From Mobula hypostoma (Eukaryota): DNA of 64,000 nucleotides. The position numbers and the translations under genes are program-made. This document shows, in pieces, positions 25,601 to 39,214 of the stretch. Below the pieces are notes generated by a model that was not told where the DNA came from, did not search any database, and saw only the letters and a program-made list of their open reading frames with translations. The stretch covers positions 50,160,001-50,224,000 of the forward strand of contig NC_086097.1 in assembly GCF_963921235.1 (NCBI RefSeq). The letters run 5' to 3'. The number at the start of each line of letters is the position of its first letter. The stretch's first letter is position 1.

Positions 25601-28600
25601 CAATTTCATCTTCACAAGCCTCTGGTTTCACAATAATGATCCACTTTAATGAGAGCTGCTATTTGGATACTGTACTGTCACAATAGTTTTGGAGAATGTT
25701 TTATTAGCATTGTGTAAGCATTTCATTAATACTGATCAGAGCTTCAACCAGAGAGATTGTTATCAAGAAAATCTCCTAACAAACAATTGTATATTCACCA
25801 CTTAACGCTCATGACAATGCGACACATCTCTGAAGGTGACAGAATCTATCACAAGAATATCACTTGGTCACAGTAATATTCCAACAATAAATAGAGCTGT
25901 AGTCCAAAATCATGACCATGAATGCCTCATCAAGCCTTTTCACAAAATCTGATATTTGAAATCTGAACAATATTTGTTTCCTTTTCCTCTATATATTTAT
26001 GATTTTCTACACTTCCCTGAACTTAATAATTACTGAGAAATATTCCTAACCATATGAGGCAAGTTCACACAGAGGAAATTTTGCAAAATCTTACAAAAAT
26101 ATGTACAAAAAGATAGTGCTTTTTAAACAATAATCACAAAAATAAAATGGGGTACTGGTAGTTGTGGAATACACCTTCCGGTACTACTTGGACACGTATT
26201 CAGTGATGAACACAGGGTTATAGGGTGTTTCGGGTCTTTAATCATCAGACAACCTCGACCGGACGACCCAGCCGGGGGTGATCAGCTGGAACTGTTTTAA
26301 AATATAAATACTTAAGAACTCTGTAGCACAAAATTATAAGGCCACTATATGTCTGAGTAAAATAGACTACATCATCCTATTTCCCTTACATTTCACTGAA
26401 ATTGCTTTGTATTTAAATTTTATCCTTGTGAAAGGAATGATGATAACACTAAACAATGGATTTTTTTCACCTTTAGCACTATCACCATATATTAGATAAC
26501 TAAGAGATAAACCACATAAATGAAAACAAGTTGCACAGGCTTAATTTTATTAAATAACTATTTCTCCAAGTTGTAAATAATTGTAAATATTTATGATCAG
26601 AAACGTGGCTGTACCGTCTGCATATAACCCTTATATATGCAGCAAGCTTTTCAATCACATCAAGGGACACTGACAAAGGAAGATGACACACTTTCCTTAA
26701 GTTTGTCTATATGCTATCTTATCAGACAGAGGAAGAACTCACAAGACAAAAAATTCATGTGTTTCCACTGAAATATTACGATGAGCTCACTAAATGTTCG
26801 TCTGTTTATTTCACATTAGAAGTCCTGTTTTGGGTGCCTCCACGTATGCTCCATTTACAGAATGCAGATAGACATAGTTGCCCACAAATAGCAACCCATG
26901 TCATTGCATTCAAGGAGACTTGGTGCTCATACTAATTAGTTATACAGTGTACAAAATACACAAGTTTTCCATCCAAAATGGAGTTAAGAAATTTATATCG
27001 CATGTCATAAAGATGTTTCCAAAGATGCTGACTTCTTGACTCACTTGGCTGCAGTCACAATGGTGTCATCACATAATCAAACCATTAACTTAGAAATCGC
27101 TCAGTGCAGGCAAAAGAGCCAAATTGAATGGTTATCCTACCCCAAATCTTCATTCTAATGTTGCATTTAAGTGTGAATTCTACACAATAACTATAACAAA
27201 TGTTACATAAAGATCAAACTCAATTTACACTACTCACCCCTACAACTTAAAATATTATTACAAGCCTTTATTTTAATATTTATTGTTTTTTTTCAGGACC
27301 TGGGTGGGCAATGCTGACTTGGCCAGCATTCATTGCCCAACCCCAAATATCGATATTGATTAACATGTACAGTACAATTGCCTTTTCTGGTCGGGATTTA
27401 ACAATGAACTGCAAAATCAAACTTCAATACAAGGCCTGTGAAATATATCAAATTGAAATAGCCCTACTCGAAAGGAAACATAGCCCGACTTAGCATTAAA
27501 CTGGATTCTCTTCCCCGACAAATCAACAGGGTTTCTCTCTGCGGGCCTGGGCAGTGACCTGCCCGAGAATGGGAGCTGAACATGACCTTGACAGGGAGCT
27601 TTGAGATGCTAATGCGTGACGTAGGATGGTGGATGCTGATCCATTTCTCCCGTTCAATTCCACTCATTTTCCCGTGGAGCTAACTTTTACTAGCCTGCTC
27701 ACTGCATTTACTGCCACCTGGACAGACCCGTCTCCCTCAAAAAAGCATTTCAATTACTTGTTGGCAGCAACCGCAATCACGGCGCATCCTGGTGATGAAT
27801 TTTGATTTCAGTTTATTAACAATGTACACAGTATTGCTAAAGCATATATTTAAAGAGCGCAAGGTGTGGTTAATCTTTATACCCCACCGCAGGCGATTAC
27901 AGTAAATGATACAGCCTGTTGCCTCCCTGACTAATTTGTGGCCAGTCAATCAAACACTAAGTAAACTTCGTAGGGTTTCGCCCATAATTGTTTCCCGTTT
28001 ACGGTTTCCACCGTACGCCCAACAACGGCGCTTATCCAGCGAAAACGTGGGTGGTGAATAACAAAAAGCAAACTCCGCACAAAACAATTACTTCCAAATA
28101 AGTCACAGAAACAGTTCTGCCTAAAGCTGCAGGTCGTACAATTCTTGCATGCAAACATGGATTGGAATCGTTAGTTCACTGCACAATAAGAATCAAAAAC
28201 ATTAATTTAGTTTTACACAAAAGCGTATAGCAATACGACAGCCATAATGTAAGCAGCTAAATATTTCAGACGTTGTTTTAATTCCCCAGGTATTTTTTTG
28301 CCCTTAGACCTGTACTGTCTCGTTCATGCAAACAGCGACCACGCCCTACAGCTGCAGAAAAGCGAGGACTGCGTATGCAGGGCGAGGCGAAGCAAAGCGA
28401 AGCATCGGAAACGGGTTACAAAGCAAAGATAAGAAGCCCACCACTGGCTGGATCCCCTCGCCAGTTTGGAAAGGGCAGATGAAAACAGTCGCACATCTTG
28501 TAAATCTTGTAGGAGTCCCGATCTGAATGCTTTCCACAATTCAGACAAGCCTGGAATTAGAAAAAGCGATACTCAACGCCGAGCAGTTAGCTTGCAATGT

Positions 28601-30029
28601 CCAGGCACAACATCTTAACAGTCAGAATGAAAGATGCTGACACACTGTCCAGAATCCCTGCATCACTCAATACGGGTCTCTAGGCGGTAGCCAAATTATC
28701 CAGGTCAGCTTTGAAATCCATTATAGCCATTTGATTAGATCTACAGAGGACGCCCAGGACTTTGCAGAGAAACATGCCAAAATACCCATTAACTCATATG
28801 CTGCGTTAAACCTGCTCGAAGTACAGAGTTTGAGCAGTAGAGGAAATCATCATTTATTTTCTAATCGGGGGTGGTATTGATCGGGATAATTTATTCAGTT
28901 CTATTCACATTAAGGTAGTTGCGTATTTGATCCAAATACATTATGTACTAACAAGTCGTGCAAAGAAACACATCTCCCCTGCTCAATTCATATTTAGAGG
29001 TCATGATTTAGTACATTATGAATATTAGGAAAATCGTGTTCCATGCCCTCTAGAACTATTGTATGATATTTTTAAATACTAATAGATTTTATAAAACTTA
29101 AATTGGAAATAGTCTGTAAACTATGCCTCGAAAATCCATTGTATTTTTTACATAGTAGTTGATCTAAAAAAAATAAAAGGTCAAGGAGCTCACTCAGTCT
29201 GGGTACATTAAACATTGCTAGAATAGCTATGATATTCCTTTATAAACATTAGCTTAAAAACGCCTTTACTAAAACATCTTGCCAGAATTGTTCGAGTTGA
29301 TGGAGAAGAAAAATCGCCTACAGTAGAGAAACACTACTAGAATTTGAAAGTTTGCAAGTCAATCTTCATTGTTTTATGTGCACGGAAATTCGGTGTTTGA
29401 ATGCAGAAAAAATGGAACATATTTTACCGAAGTAAGCAATATTATAGTAACAAACGGCGTTAAGCATAAATTACATTCGGGTGAGGGGACGGCGTTTTCG
29501 TTTAAAAAAATGAAAAATATTTACAAACGTTTGTAAGATTTTAATTTGGAATACGCTTCAGCCCGAAAGTAGCCGGTGGGATTTTGATAGTAATACCTTG
29601 TTTTGAGTCAGCAAAGATCAAATCTTGTTAAAATGTGGAAGAAAATAGAACCTGGCCGGTACGCTAGTCAGAACTACTTATTTGTCGTATCGTTATCGAC
29701 TCCTACAAACAGATGATCCTACTTCGCCACAGCCGGTGAAATTCATGCCATTCTGCATAGGTGCCTATTTCTGAGAGACAGAGCTGCGCTAGTTTCTCAG
29801 GCTCGCTGAATTATGAAACTGTTTAGGTTCTGGGTAACCGTTAGAAATGATTATTGATAAACCAAGACGATAGCAATAAAGAGAGCTTAATATTCCCCCT
29901 TCCTCTTAAAAAAAAGGCAAAACTAGTTCATTTTAGTAACTATTTACTCGAACCTACTGGTTTATCTGCTTGAAATAGCACAAAGAGTGAATACAACGGG
30001 ATGGTAGTTCGTTCCATTTAAAGTTCACA

Positions 30030-30365
30030 GTTCAAAATAAATTGAAGTACATGTACGTCACCATATACAACCCTGAGATTCATTTTCCTGCGGGCATACT
30101 CAATAATAGAATCAATGAAAGACCGCGTCAACTTGGGCGTTCAACTAGTGTGCAAAAGGCAACAAACTGCAAATACAAAAAGGAAGAATGAATAAAAATA
30201 AATAAATAAACAATAAATATCGTGAGCTTGAGATGGAGTCCATAGTGAGCCCACAGATTGTGGGAACATTTCAATGATGGGGCAAATGAAGTTTGCTTCA
30301 TGAGTCTGGTGGTTGAGGGGTAATAGCTGTTCCTGAACCTGGTGATGTGAGTCCCGTGGCGAGAA
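30030..30365 (-). mobile_element. Rex1/Babar-type LINE 3' end
   Basis: THITRFRNSYYPSTTRL in ORF 30128-30448. Similar to 38270-38680 and 55045-55515. Confidence 0.7.
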
Positions 30366-31610
30366 GAGAACATGACTATAATCTGATTGTCATGCCCTGA
30401 AAATGTGGCGTTTCGGTTCTGTGAAATATACAACAGATGATCAACCATTAAAGAAAAAACTCATTTTTATTACACTAAGTAGTACATACTTGAATTAAAC
30501 TACAGGAAAGTGGTAAAATGGCTTTTGGCTCTGCAGTGAAAATATGAAACAAGTCTGATGTAGTGAGTAAAAGTGGACTTCAAAGAATAATTTTCTGTTT
30601 CGTTATTTTACCGGGTCTTCAAATTGCACAATATGGTTTTGGTGTGTGTCTATGATCTAGTAAGGGTTTTATGAGTTCAATCTCCTTTAGTAGCGATTAG
30701 TAGCAGTGATCAGAACATGGCTACTAGGCGACTTCGTGTTTTTCAAATAGTTTACAAGAAACGTGAACGAAATTTTACAAACGAAGCGTGGGAAAGGAAA
30801 CACTTGCTTGTATTTGTATTTAACCGTGTAGCAGAACGCATACCAGTCACCAATTCACAATGTGCGTGTTAGATGGAGACGATCATTTGTCTGAATACTA
30901 AAATCAAACTACAGTTTGTACAAATCTGAGTTCCGATCACTCTTTGCACGTTTTTTGGTGTTACAAGTGTTCCGCGCCTGTATTGATATGTGTGGATGAA
31001 CATGAAGTATGTGGGCTTTAATTACTTCACTGTAATGGCATACCAGGATCAAGTGAGCAAGCAGTGCGTGCGTGGAACGTCCTGCCTGGGTGGTGCAGAG
31101 GCAGAGACATTACGCATGTTTAAGAAACTCTTAGATAAGCACATGGATGTTAGAAAAATGGAGGGATTTGTGGGAGGGAAGGATTAGATTGATTTTAGAC
31201 TACAATACCCTGGGCCGAAGGACCTGTACTGTGCTGTAATGGACTATGTTCTAACTCAATTGGAGGTTAAGGTGTCTGTTTTCTGACAGAGTCAGTTCTT
31301 TGGTAGTTTATAAACAAAAGGTGCTTATCTACTGAAAAACAGCGATCTTCAGAACCAACCGCATGACTACTAAAGGGGACAGAGAGAAACGCGTTCAGAT
31401 ACACAGCCAAAACCAAAGAGTGGGGGCTGGTCGCTCAGCAACAGATACACATTCTTGCGATGGTTGAGGAGAGTACTTGTCCAATTTTTGGTTTATAATG
31501 AAGAACTGGAGAGGCTTGGGTTTTTCAAGGTGGAGATGGGTTGATTAGGCCATCACCTTGAAAATTAAAAATAACAAGAATATTAAGAGAAAATATCAAT
31601 TAAATAGGAA

Positions 31611-31745
31611 ACAACAGGAATTCTGCAGGTGCTGGAAATTCAAGCAACACACATCAAAGTTGCTGGTGAACGCAGCAGGCCAGGCAGCATCTCTAGGAAG
31701 AGGTACAGTCGACGTTTCGGGCCGAGACCCTTCGTCAGGACGCAG
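31611..31745 (-). mobile_element. Short Penelope pLTR terminus with hammerhead (31707-31741) and 9-bp TSD
   Basis: aaataggaa at 31602-31610 and 31746-31754. Reverse complement contains gtc-CTGACGA-agggtctcggccc-GAAA-cGTC-gac. Confidence 0.8.
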
Positions 31746-31933
31746 AAATAGGAATATTGTTTTAAAGAACAATTGCCTTCAAGGGAGATTTGTAGAGGGT
31801 AAGTTTAGGAGCGATCTCAGGAGAATTCTTTACATCAGATGGGATCCTGCTGAATATTCTTCCAGAGAATATTGGAAATAGTCACCGACACTCCAGAACT
31901 GACTTGGAGAATCAAAGCAACTCCCATTTAGAA

Positions 31934-32482
31934 CAATAAACACAAGAGATTCTGCAGATGCTGGAAAGCCAGACCTGGGGGAACTCAACTCTTCCGGCAG
32001 CATCTATGGAAATAACTAACCAGCCGACGTTCAGGACTGGAAGGGGAAGGGGTTGGAAGATACCAGAAAAGGAAGGATGAAAAGGAGGGGATGAAGTTGG
32101 GGCTCCACAGATGGAAAAGGTAAAGGGCTAGAGAAGGAGAGAAGAGGAGACCATGGGAGAAAGGATAGACAGGTGAGGAGAAGAGGTAACAGGGTGGCCA
32201 GAGAGAGGAGGGGAAAATACTGGACGTGGAGAAATCGATGTTCATTCCATCAGTTTGTGGGCTACCGAAACGGAATAAAAGGTGTTGCTTCTCCAACCTG
32301 AGAGTGGCCTCGTCGTTGCAGAAGAGGAGGCCGTGCACCGACATGTCGGAATGGGAATGGGGATTGGAAATGACATGAATCTTTCCAGTCCAGATGAAGT
32401 GTCTCGACTCGAAATGTCGACTGTTTATTTCCAGAGATGTTGCCCGACCTGCTGCGTTCCTCCAGCATTTTGTGTGCGTTGC
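31934..32482. mobile_element. Penelope-like fragment with inverted terminus
   Basis: Minus ORF 31985-32344 (MSVHGLL..EATLRLEKQHLLFR) plus a + strand terminus at ~32385-32482 with a degenerate hammerhead. Confidence 0.75.
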
Positions 32483-33314
32483 TCCTTTTTAAAATGTGGC
32501 TTTTCTTTTTTTTTGGAACATACAAATATGAAAGCCCTTTCACCGGTTGTACATTTGGAAAACGGATTCGGGTGATTAGAGGTCAGAACTTCAAATTCGG
32601 GAATCAGTGAGGCAAATCGCTGAAGGACGTCGCATGTCAGCATAAAAGGACCGTGCCAAATTTCGGGACGGATTGCCACTTACTGGAACCCCGAGCAAAA
32701 AAGTGCGACGTGCGAAAGTAGAGTATTGGTTAGTATTTCTCTAGAAAACTGATCCGATATTAAGTGTGCTCTATCAGGTCACAGGAGAAAGGTCGTTGCA
32801 TCAATGTTGCCTTGAAGGACTGAAGAATTGTTATTCGGACAACCATTACATAATATTTGGCAAGTCATTGGCCCTTTCTACTCCATGGACCAGCGATGGG
32901 AATAAGTGATACGTACTGTCTCTGCAGACAGCGGACGAGGTAAATAACACGTTTTTGTTTGAGCGACCGTAGGGCGCGGCTTCGACATCCGGGCGAGATC
33001 GCGGGCATTTAAAGCGTCTGCAGAAGAAACTAATATCAGTAGCTTTGTTTAACAATCTCTTTGCTGCATGATCTAATGGTTTTTTTTTGTGTTTGTGGAC
33101 AAGCCACGTGTTAAGACTACCTCGGGAGTACCTTGATATTGTTCCAGGTTGTCTTTTTTTCCGGAGTTATTACCTCTGCAAGCAAAGTATAGTTTCTGGT
33201 TTAAGCATTTCCTCTGGTTTTTCGTATTGACAACAATACAAGTAACTAGTAAGCAATTCTTAGACTAAGCTGAAATGTTTGTTATGATTTATCTCAATTG
33301 CCTCCTGTTTTTCT

Positions 33315-33500
33315 TATTCCTTTCCACGCCTCGTGGCACTTCGGGCGGCAATCTTGCTGTTTCATTACCGTTTGGCTGTTTTTACGAGGCCGAGTTGCTA
33401 GCTCGACGCTCAACCCGGCACGGAAGGAATGTATGCAGGGAACCGTCGAGTTCGAGCCCAGGACCGCCCCCTTCGAAATCCCGTGCTGTTGCCACTACAA
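33315..33500 (-). mobile_element. tRNA-derived SINE
   Basis: Homologous to 48880-49060 (shared gagttgctagctcgac...caaccc.gcacgga). tRNA-like head on the minus strand. Confidence 0.65.
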
Positions 33501-34493
33501 AGTTTAGAAGCTTCCCTTCATCCAGTTCAGATCGCTACGCCTGACACTAAGAAATGGGTAGATAAACTGGATGCAGAAAATCCAACATTGTTGCTAAAAT
33601 GGAGATGATTTATACTATTGAACCAGTCACGACAGAAATCTGGCGTGCCGGCAGAATTGACGTCTGCTCAGCAATTTAGGCGAGCAATTCAATGCATCTG
33701 ATGCAAACCTCCAGAACAAAATTTGCCTGGGAAAGTAAAGACATGTCCTATGCCACAAAAGCAGAATAAATCAACTTTAGCCAGTTTCTTATCTGTCTGC
33801 CTACTCCTAATCATGAGTCGGGGAAAAGCTTTACACTGTTAGCAGGTGGACCTGATAATAAAGAAAGAAAGTTGTGGTATTTGGATACCAATTATCTGTG
33901 TCCCAGGCCATCCCTGTAAATATTCCTTCTTGACAGTGGCTTTGTCCCATTCAACTTCAGTTGTTTAATCACTTCACAATGAGATCTTCGCTGGGAATGT
34001 CTGTTGATTCTTACAACATTCAGTTTCATTAGGAACAGCTGAAATAATGAAGCAGTCTTTGCCTATATTATGCAAGCCCTTAACCAGAAATGGGCTGACA
34101 GATGACAGGTATGTCACACTAATGTGAGAAAATAACCACCTCCTCCCATAAATAACTTAATCACTTCTCCGTGGCATTTGATGGCAAATTGCCTCCCTAA
34201 TTCACCCATATATCAATTTTATTGAGACCTTATGAGTTCAACTAAAAGCTAAAATGCCAAGAGCTAACACTGTGGAACTCAGCACTTTTGTCCATGTTTG
34301 GACCAAGGTCATAGTGAGATTCAGCAAATTCAAACTGAGCCTCAGTGAGCAAGATATGTGTGAATGAGTTCCACTTAGAAGCACTGTCAGTTGATGGATT
34401 TTTCCAGATTTCTACGGGAGGGGAACCTGGTCAACTTTCCACAATGTTAAGTAACAGTCCACAGCCCCTATTGCAAAGTAAGTCAGGAGTGAA

Positions 34494-35350
34494 CATAGAA
34501 CATAGAATAGTAAAGCACAGTACAGGCCCTTCGGCCCACAATGTTGTGCCGACCTTCAAACCCTGCCTCCCATATAAGCCCCCACCTTAAATTCCTCCAT
34601 ATACCTGTCTAGTAGTCTCTTAAACTTCACTAGTGTATCTGCCTCCACCACCGACTCAGGCAGTGCATTCCATGCACCAACCACTCTCTGAGTAAAAAAC
34701 CTTCCTCTAATATCCCCCTTGAACTTCCTACCCCTTACCTTAAAGCCATGTCCTCTTGTATTGAGCAGTGGTGCCCTGGGGAAGAGGCGCTGGCTAGCCA
34801 CTCTATCTATTCCTCTTATTATCTTGTACACCTCTATCATGTCTCCTCTCATCCTCCTCCTCTCCAAAGAGTAAAACCCTAGCTCCCTTAATCTCTGATC
34901 ATAATGCATACTTTCTAAACCAGGCAGCATCCTGGTAAATCTCCTCTGTACCCTTTCCAAAGCTTCCACATTCTTCCTATAGTGAGGTGACCAGAACTGG
35001 ACACAGTACTCCAAGTGTGGCCTAACCAGAGTTTTATAGAGCTGCATCATTACATCGCGACTCTTAAACTCTATCCCTCGACTTATGAAAGCTAACACCC
35101 CATAAGCTTTCTTAACTACCCTATCCACCCGTGAGGCAACCTTCAGGGATCTGTGGACATGTACCCCGAGATCCCTCTGCCCCTCCACACTTCCAAGTAT
35201 CCTGCCATTTACTTTGTACTCTGCCTTGGAGATTGTCCTTCCAAAGTGTACCACCTCACACTTCTCTGGGTTGAACTCCATCTACCACTTCTCAACCCAC
35301 TCCTGCATCCTATCAATGTCTCTCTGCAATCTTTGACAATCCTCTACACT
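34494..35350 (-). mobile_element. Young CR1 LINE 3' fragment
   Basis: Uninterrupted 241-aa ORF 34556-35281 (RPHLEYCVQFWSP, RGDMIEVYKI) and a catagaa repeat tail. Confidence 0.92.
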
Positions 35351-35519
35351 GTCTACATGGAATACAGTGCACTTACCTGGCTAAGGGCAATTCTGACCAT
35401 TTTCAATAACTTCCCTTTATTTTGGAATTGGTTTATTATTGTCACATGTACTAAAGTACCATGAAAGGCTTGTCTTGTATACTATTCATGCAGATGAACT
35501 CATTACATGATGCAGACTG

Positions 35520-36800
35520 CCAGAATCCAGAATTTGCCTAACCAATGTTTGGTCTTGCCGATATAGAGGAGGCCACATTACAAGCACCAAATACAGCAGA
35601 CAAGGTTGGAGGAGGTGCATGTGAATCTTTGGCTGAACCGGAAGTGCTGTTTAGGTCCATGGGTGGTGGTGAGGACAAATGCCGCACCTCCAATCCTTGC
35701 AGAAGAAAGTACTAGGTGCCAGGGAGGGAAGGGTGGGTAGGGATGTTGAACTATGGGGTCACAGTAAGATTGCCCCTTGCAGGGGAGGCGAAGGTGTCAC
35801 TGGTTGTTGGATCTCATTGCACCTGATGGAAATAACACCATAAGAAATATGTACAGAATTAGGCCATTCAGCCTATCCAGTCTGCTGCACCATTCAATCA
35901 TGGCTGATTTTTTTCAACCCCATTCTCCTGCTTTTTCCCCATAACCTTTACACTTAGCAATCAAAAATGTATCAATTTCTGCCTTAAACACCAGTAACTA
36001 GCCTACACAGCCTTCAGCAGCAATGGTTTCCACAGATTCACTGTCCTTTGCCTGTAGAATTTCCTCCTCATCTCAGTTTTAAGGGGGCATTCTGATATTT
36101 GTGCTCTCAGATCCTAGACTCTCCTACTAATGGAAGTATCCTCTCCAGGTCCTCTTGATCCAGGTCTTTCAGTATCCGTTGGGTTTCAGTGAGATCCCCC
36201 ACATCCTTCTGAATTCCATCATTTACAAGGCATGAGTCATCAGATGGTCCTCATATGTTAAGTCCTTCATTCCTAGGAACATTCTTGTGATCTCCTCTGG
36301 ATTCTCTCCAGTGCCAGCATATTTTTCTTAGCTATGTGGCCCAAAATTATGAACAATATTCCAAGTGGGGTCTGACCAATATTTTTTAAAGTCTCAGCAG
36401 TAAATCCTGCTTTTATATTCTCGTCCAAATGACAAGGATGATCTGTTGGATGTAGAGGGTGGTAGGATGAAAAGTAAAGACCAAGGAAATTCTACCCTGT
36501 CTCAGGAGAAGTGGGAAATGGTGGAAATTTGGGTGAGGTCTCCATCAACCACAGTAGAGAAAAATCCATTTTCCAGACAAAGGAACACCTTTCAACTGTC
36601 CTGGAGCGGAAAGTCTCATATTGAGAACAGATCTTGGGGAGAGAGAAAGAACCTGGAGGAGAGGTGTCCTTACAAGAGATCAGGTGAAAGGAAAAGTAGT
36701 GGAAGTAGCTTTGGCACAACTTCCTGACTTTAGCCACAACATCAATGGCTGCTTTGGTGCTATCTCCTGCAATCTTGGCCTTTTGCACACATGCACACAT
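35520..36800 (-). mobile_element. Old Penelope-like fragment interrupted by a CR1 3' fragment (~35838-36425)
   Basis: Degenerate GIY-YIG-like segment (gatatagaggaggccac) and an internal CR1 3' UTR/ORF2 end on the minus strand. Confidence 0.55.
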
Positions 36801-37619
36801 AAATGTATGTGTGTGTTTGCCTCCCACTTATTTTTTCCATACCTTTTTGAAGTGGTTCAATTTTAATTTCTCTAGCCTATTTTGTAATTGTCTTTTCTCA
36901 GCACATAGCATGCTGACCTGCTTTAAACTTCCATTATTTTTTAATATTGCACATCTCCAGCTTTATATTTTATGAATATGTCAGAAAAGCTTTTCTTTAT
37001 TTTTTTTCTGTTAAAGTAGCCTATGGAAGCCTAACACATATATTTTCAGCTGGTATACTTCATGATCTGAAGATCAAGTTACAAAAGAATCACTTTCTTT
37101 TTGCAGAAAAAGTAGATTCCTGCTAGTCATATTGATGCCTTTAGTTATATCAAGTGTTTTATTAGTATAACTAATTTATCTGAAGGTCAGATTTAGAGAT
37201 ATAAGAGCTACCAAAATGGTAACAGTTTATTGCAAGGCTTACTTACGAAAGTTTATTTTGCTGGTCTTAATCCTTACAGCATTTTGCAAGATTTTTTTCC
37301 CAACATGCCAAAGTGATATGCAATTTTCTGCTTCTCTTTCTCTTGTGTAATTAAAATAAAATATCGTTATCTATGTTGTTTTATATTATTGCATTTTTAA
37401 AGAAGGTGATGTACAAATCATCACACCTGGGCAGCATATTGTCTAGATGATTCTTAGCCACAGCCATTGACTTCTAGAACTGAGAAACCTGTAATCCAAG
37501 TGTTGAGATAGATTGAATTTTGACACGCTGTCAATTGAATGGCTGTCAGTTGTTGTCCGTGTTAAATTACTTTGATGTTCAGTGAGGTTAAAGTTTTTGG
37601 TCGAACTGTTAAGGCTGTG

Positions 37620-38680
37620 TGCTTAGCCTCCTGCTCCACTCACTTTATACATATGACTGTGAGGCTAAGCGTAGCTCCAATGCCATATTATGTTTGCTGA
37701 TGACACCTCTCATCACTAGCTGAATCAGAGGTGGTAACAAATCAGTATATAGGAGGGAGGTTGAAAATCTGGCTGAGTGGTACCAGAACAACAACCTCTT
37801 AATCAATGTCAACAAGATCAAAGAGATAATTATTGACTTCAGGCGGAGGAAGCCGTTGGCCCATGAGCCAGTCAGAGGTGGAAAGGGTCAGTAACTTAAA
37901 TCTGTCCTGGATCCAGCACATAAGGGCAATTATGAAAAAAGTGGGACAGTGTCTTTTCTTACTTAGAGGTTTGTGAAAATACAGCATGATATCTAAAACT
38001 TTGACAAACTACTGTAGATGTGTGGTGGAGAGTGTATTGACTGGTTGCATCATGACCTGGTATGGAAACATCAGTGCTCTGGTACAGAAAAGTCTACAAA
38101 ATGAGTGGATATGGCCCAATTCATCACAGGGAAAGCCCTCCCCACCAGTGAGCACATCTACGTGGAGCCCTGTCACAGGAAAGTAGCATCCATCATCAGG
38201 AACCCCTACCATCCAGCTCTCTTCTCACTGCTGCCATCGGGAAGATGGTACAGGAGCCCCAGGACCCACACCACCAGGTTGAGGAACAGTTATTACCCCT
38301 CAACCATCAGACTCTGGAACGAAAGGGGATAATTTCACTAAACTACACTTGGCTGTTACCATAATCTACGGCCCATAAACTAAACTGTTCCTACAGCCTA
38401 TGGATTCACTTTCCAGGACACTTCATCTCATGTTCTCAATATTTATTCTTTTTTTGTTTATTGTTGTTGTTGTTATTATTATTATTAGTTCTTTTTTTCT
38501 CTTTCTTTTTGTATTTGCACAGCTTGTTTTTCTTTGCACATTGATTGTTAGCGTTGGGTGTGGTCTTTCATTGATTCTGTTGTCTTTCTTGTATTTACCA
38601 CGATTGCTCACAAGAATATAATTATCAGGGTTATATACACTTTGATAATAAATGTACATTGAAATTTGAACTTTTGAACT
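37620..38680 (+). mobile_element. Rex1/Babar-type LINE 3' fragment
   Basis: tttgctgatgacacc (FADDT), VVESVLTGCIMTWYG and RLRNSYYPSTIRL. Confidence 0.8.
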
Positions 38681-39214
38681 TTAAACTTCATCCTAAGCCA
38701 AATTACAATTTGTAATTTTTTTTTGACATTTGCCACTGTTTAGTTTAAGGATCAGCAAGCATGCTCTGAGATTTCCAAATGCATTAATCTAACTGGCTGT
38801 TAATGCATCTAGGTAGACATACTGATATTGTTTTTTTCAAATTATAGAATTTGAAAAGCACAGAGGTAGTAAAAATGCATACACAGATGCAAATGTAAGT
38901 CAGGAGGTGGGACAAATTGAGCATATTTTGTCATACTCAGTTGTGCGCCTTAACTGACAGGCCAAAGCAGATAACCGGAATACCAATAAAGAAGCAATCA
39001 ATTATCAATAATTCAGTGGTGTACTGTATGTCTGGAAACTGACTGTCCCTATAGTTTATGCTGTAAATTCCTGTATCCATCTTGTTCTAAAGAGAGACTT
39101 ATATGAGTTAATAGTTAAATATGCTTCAATTTTTAAATATCCCAAATGTCAGTGGATCTTGAAAAATACCTATATAATTTATATATCTTTACAAGATACA
39201 TAACACAAGGTTAA

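Larger units (their letters stand above)
27400..33700. promoter_or_regulatory. CpG-retaining domain, probable regulatory region
   Basis: CG dinucleotides are visibly more frequent than in the CpG-depleted flanks (e.g. 27950-28500, 32560-33050, 33320-33540). Judged by eye, not computed. Confidence 0.5.

Noticed and set aside
26225..26250. CTGATGA...GAAAC on the minus strand resembling a hammerhead core
   Set aside because: The intervening ttaaagaccc cannot form helix II, and no flanking helix or cleavage triplet is evident.
28324..28548. Short ORFs on both strands in the CpG-rich region
   Set aside because: No recognisable protein similarity or convincing splice pair. Short ORFs are expected in GC-richer DNA.
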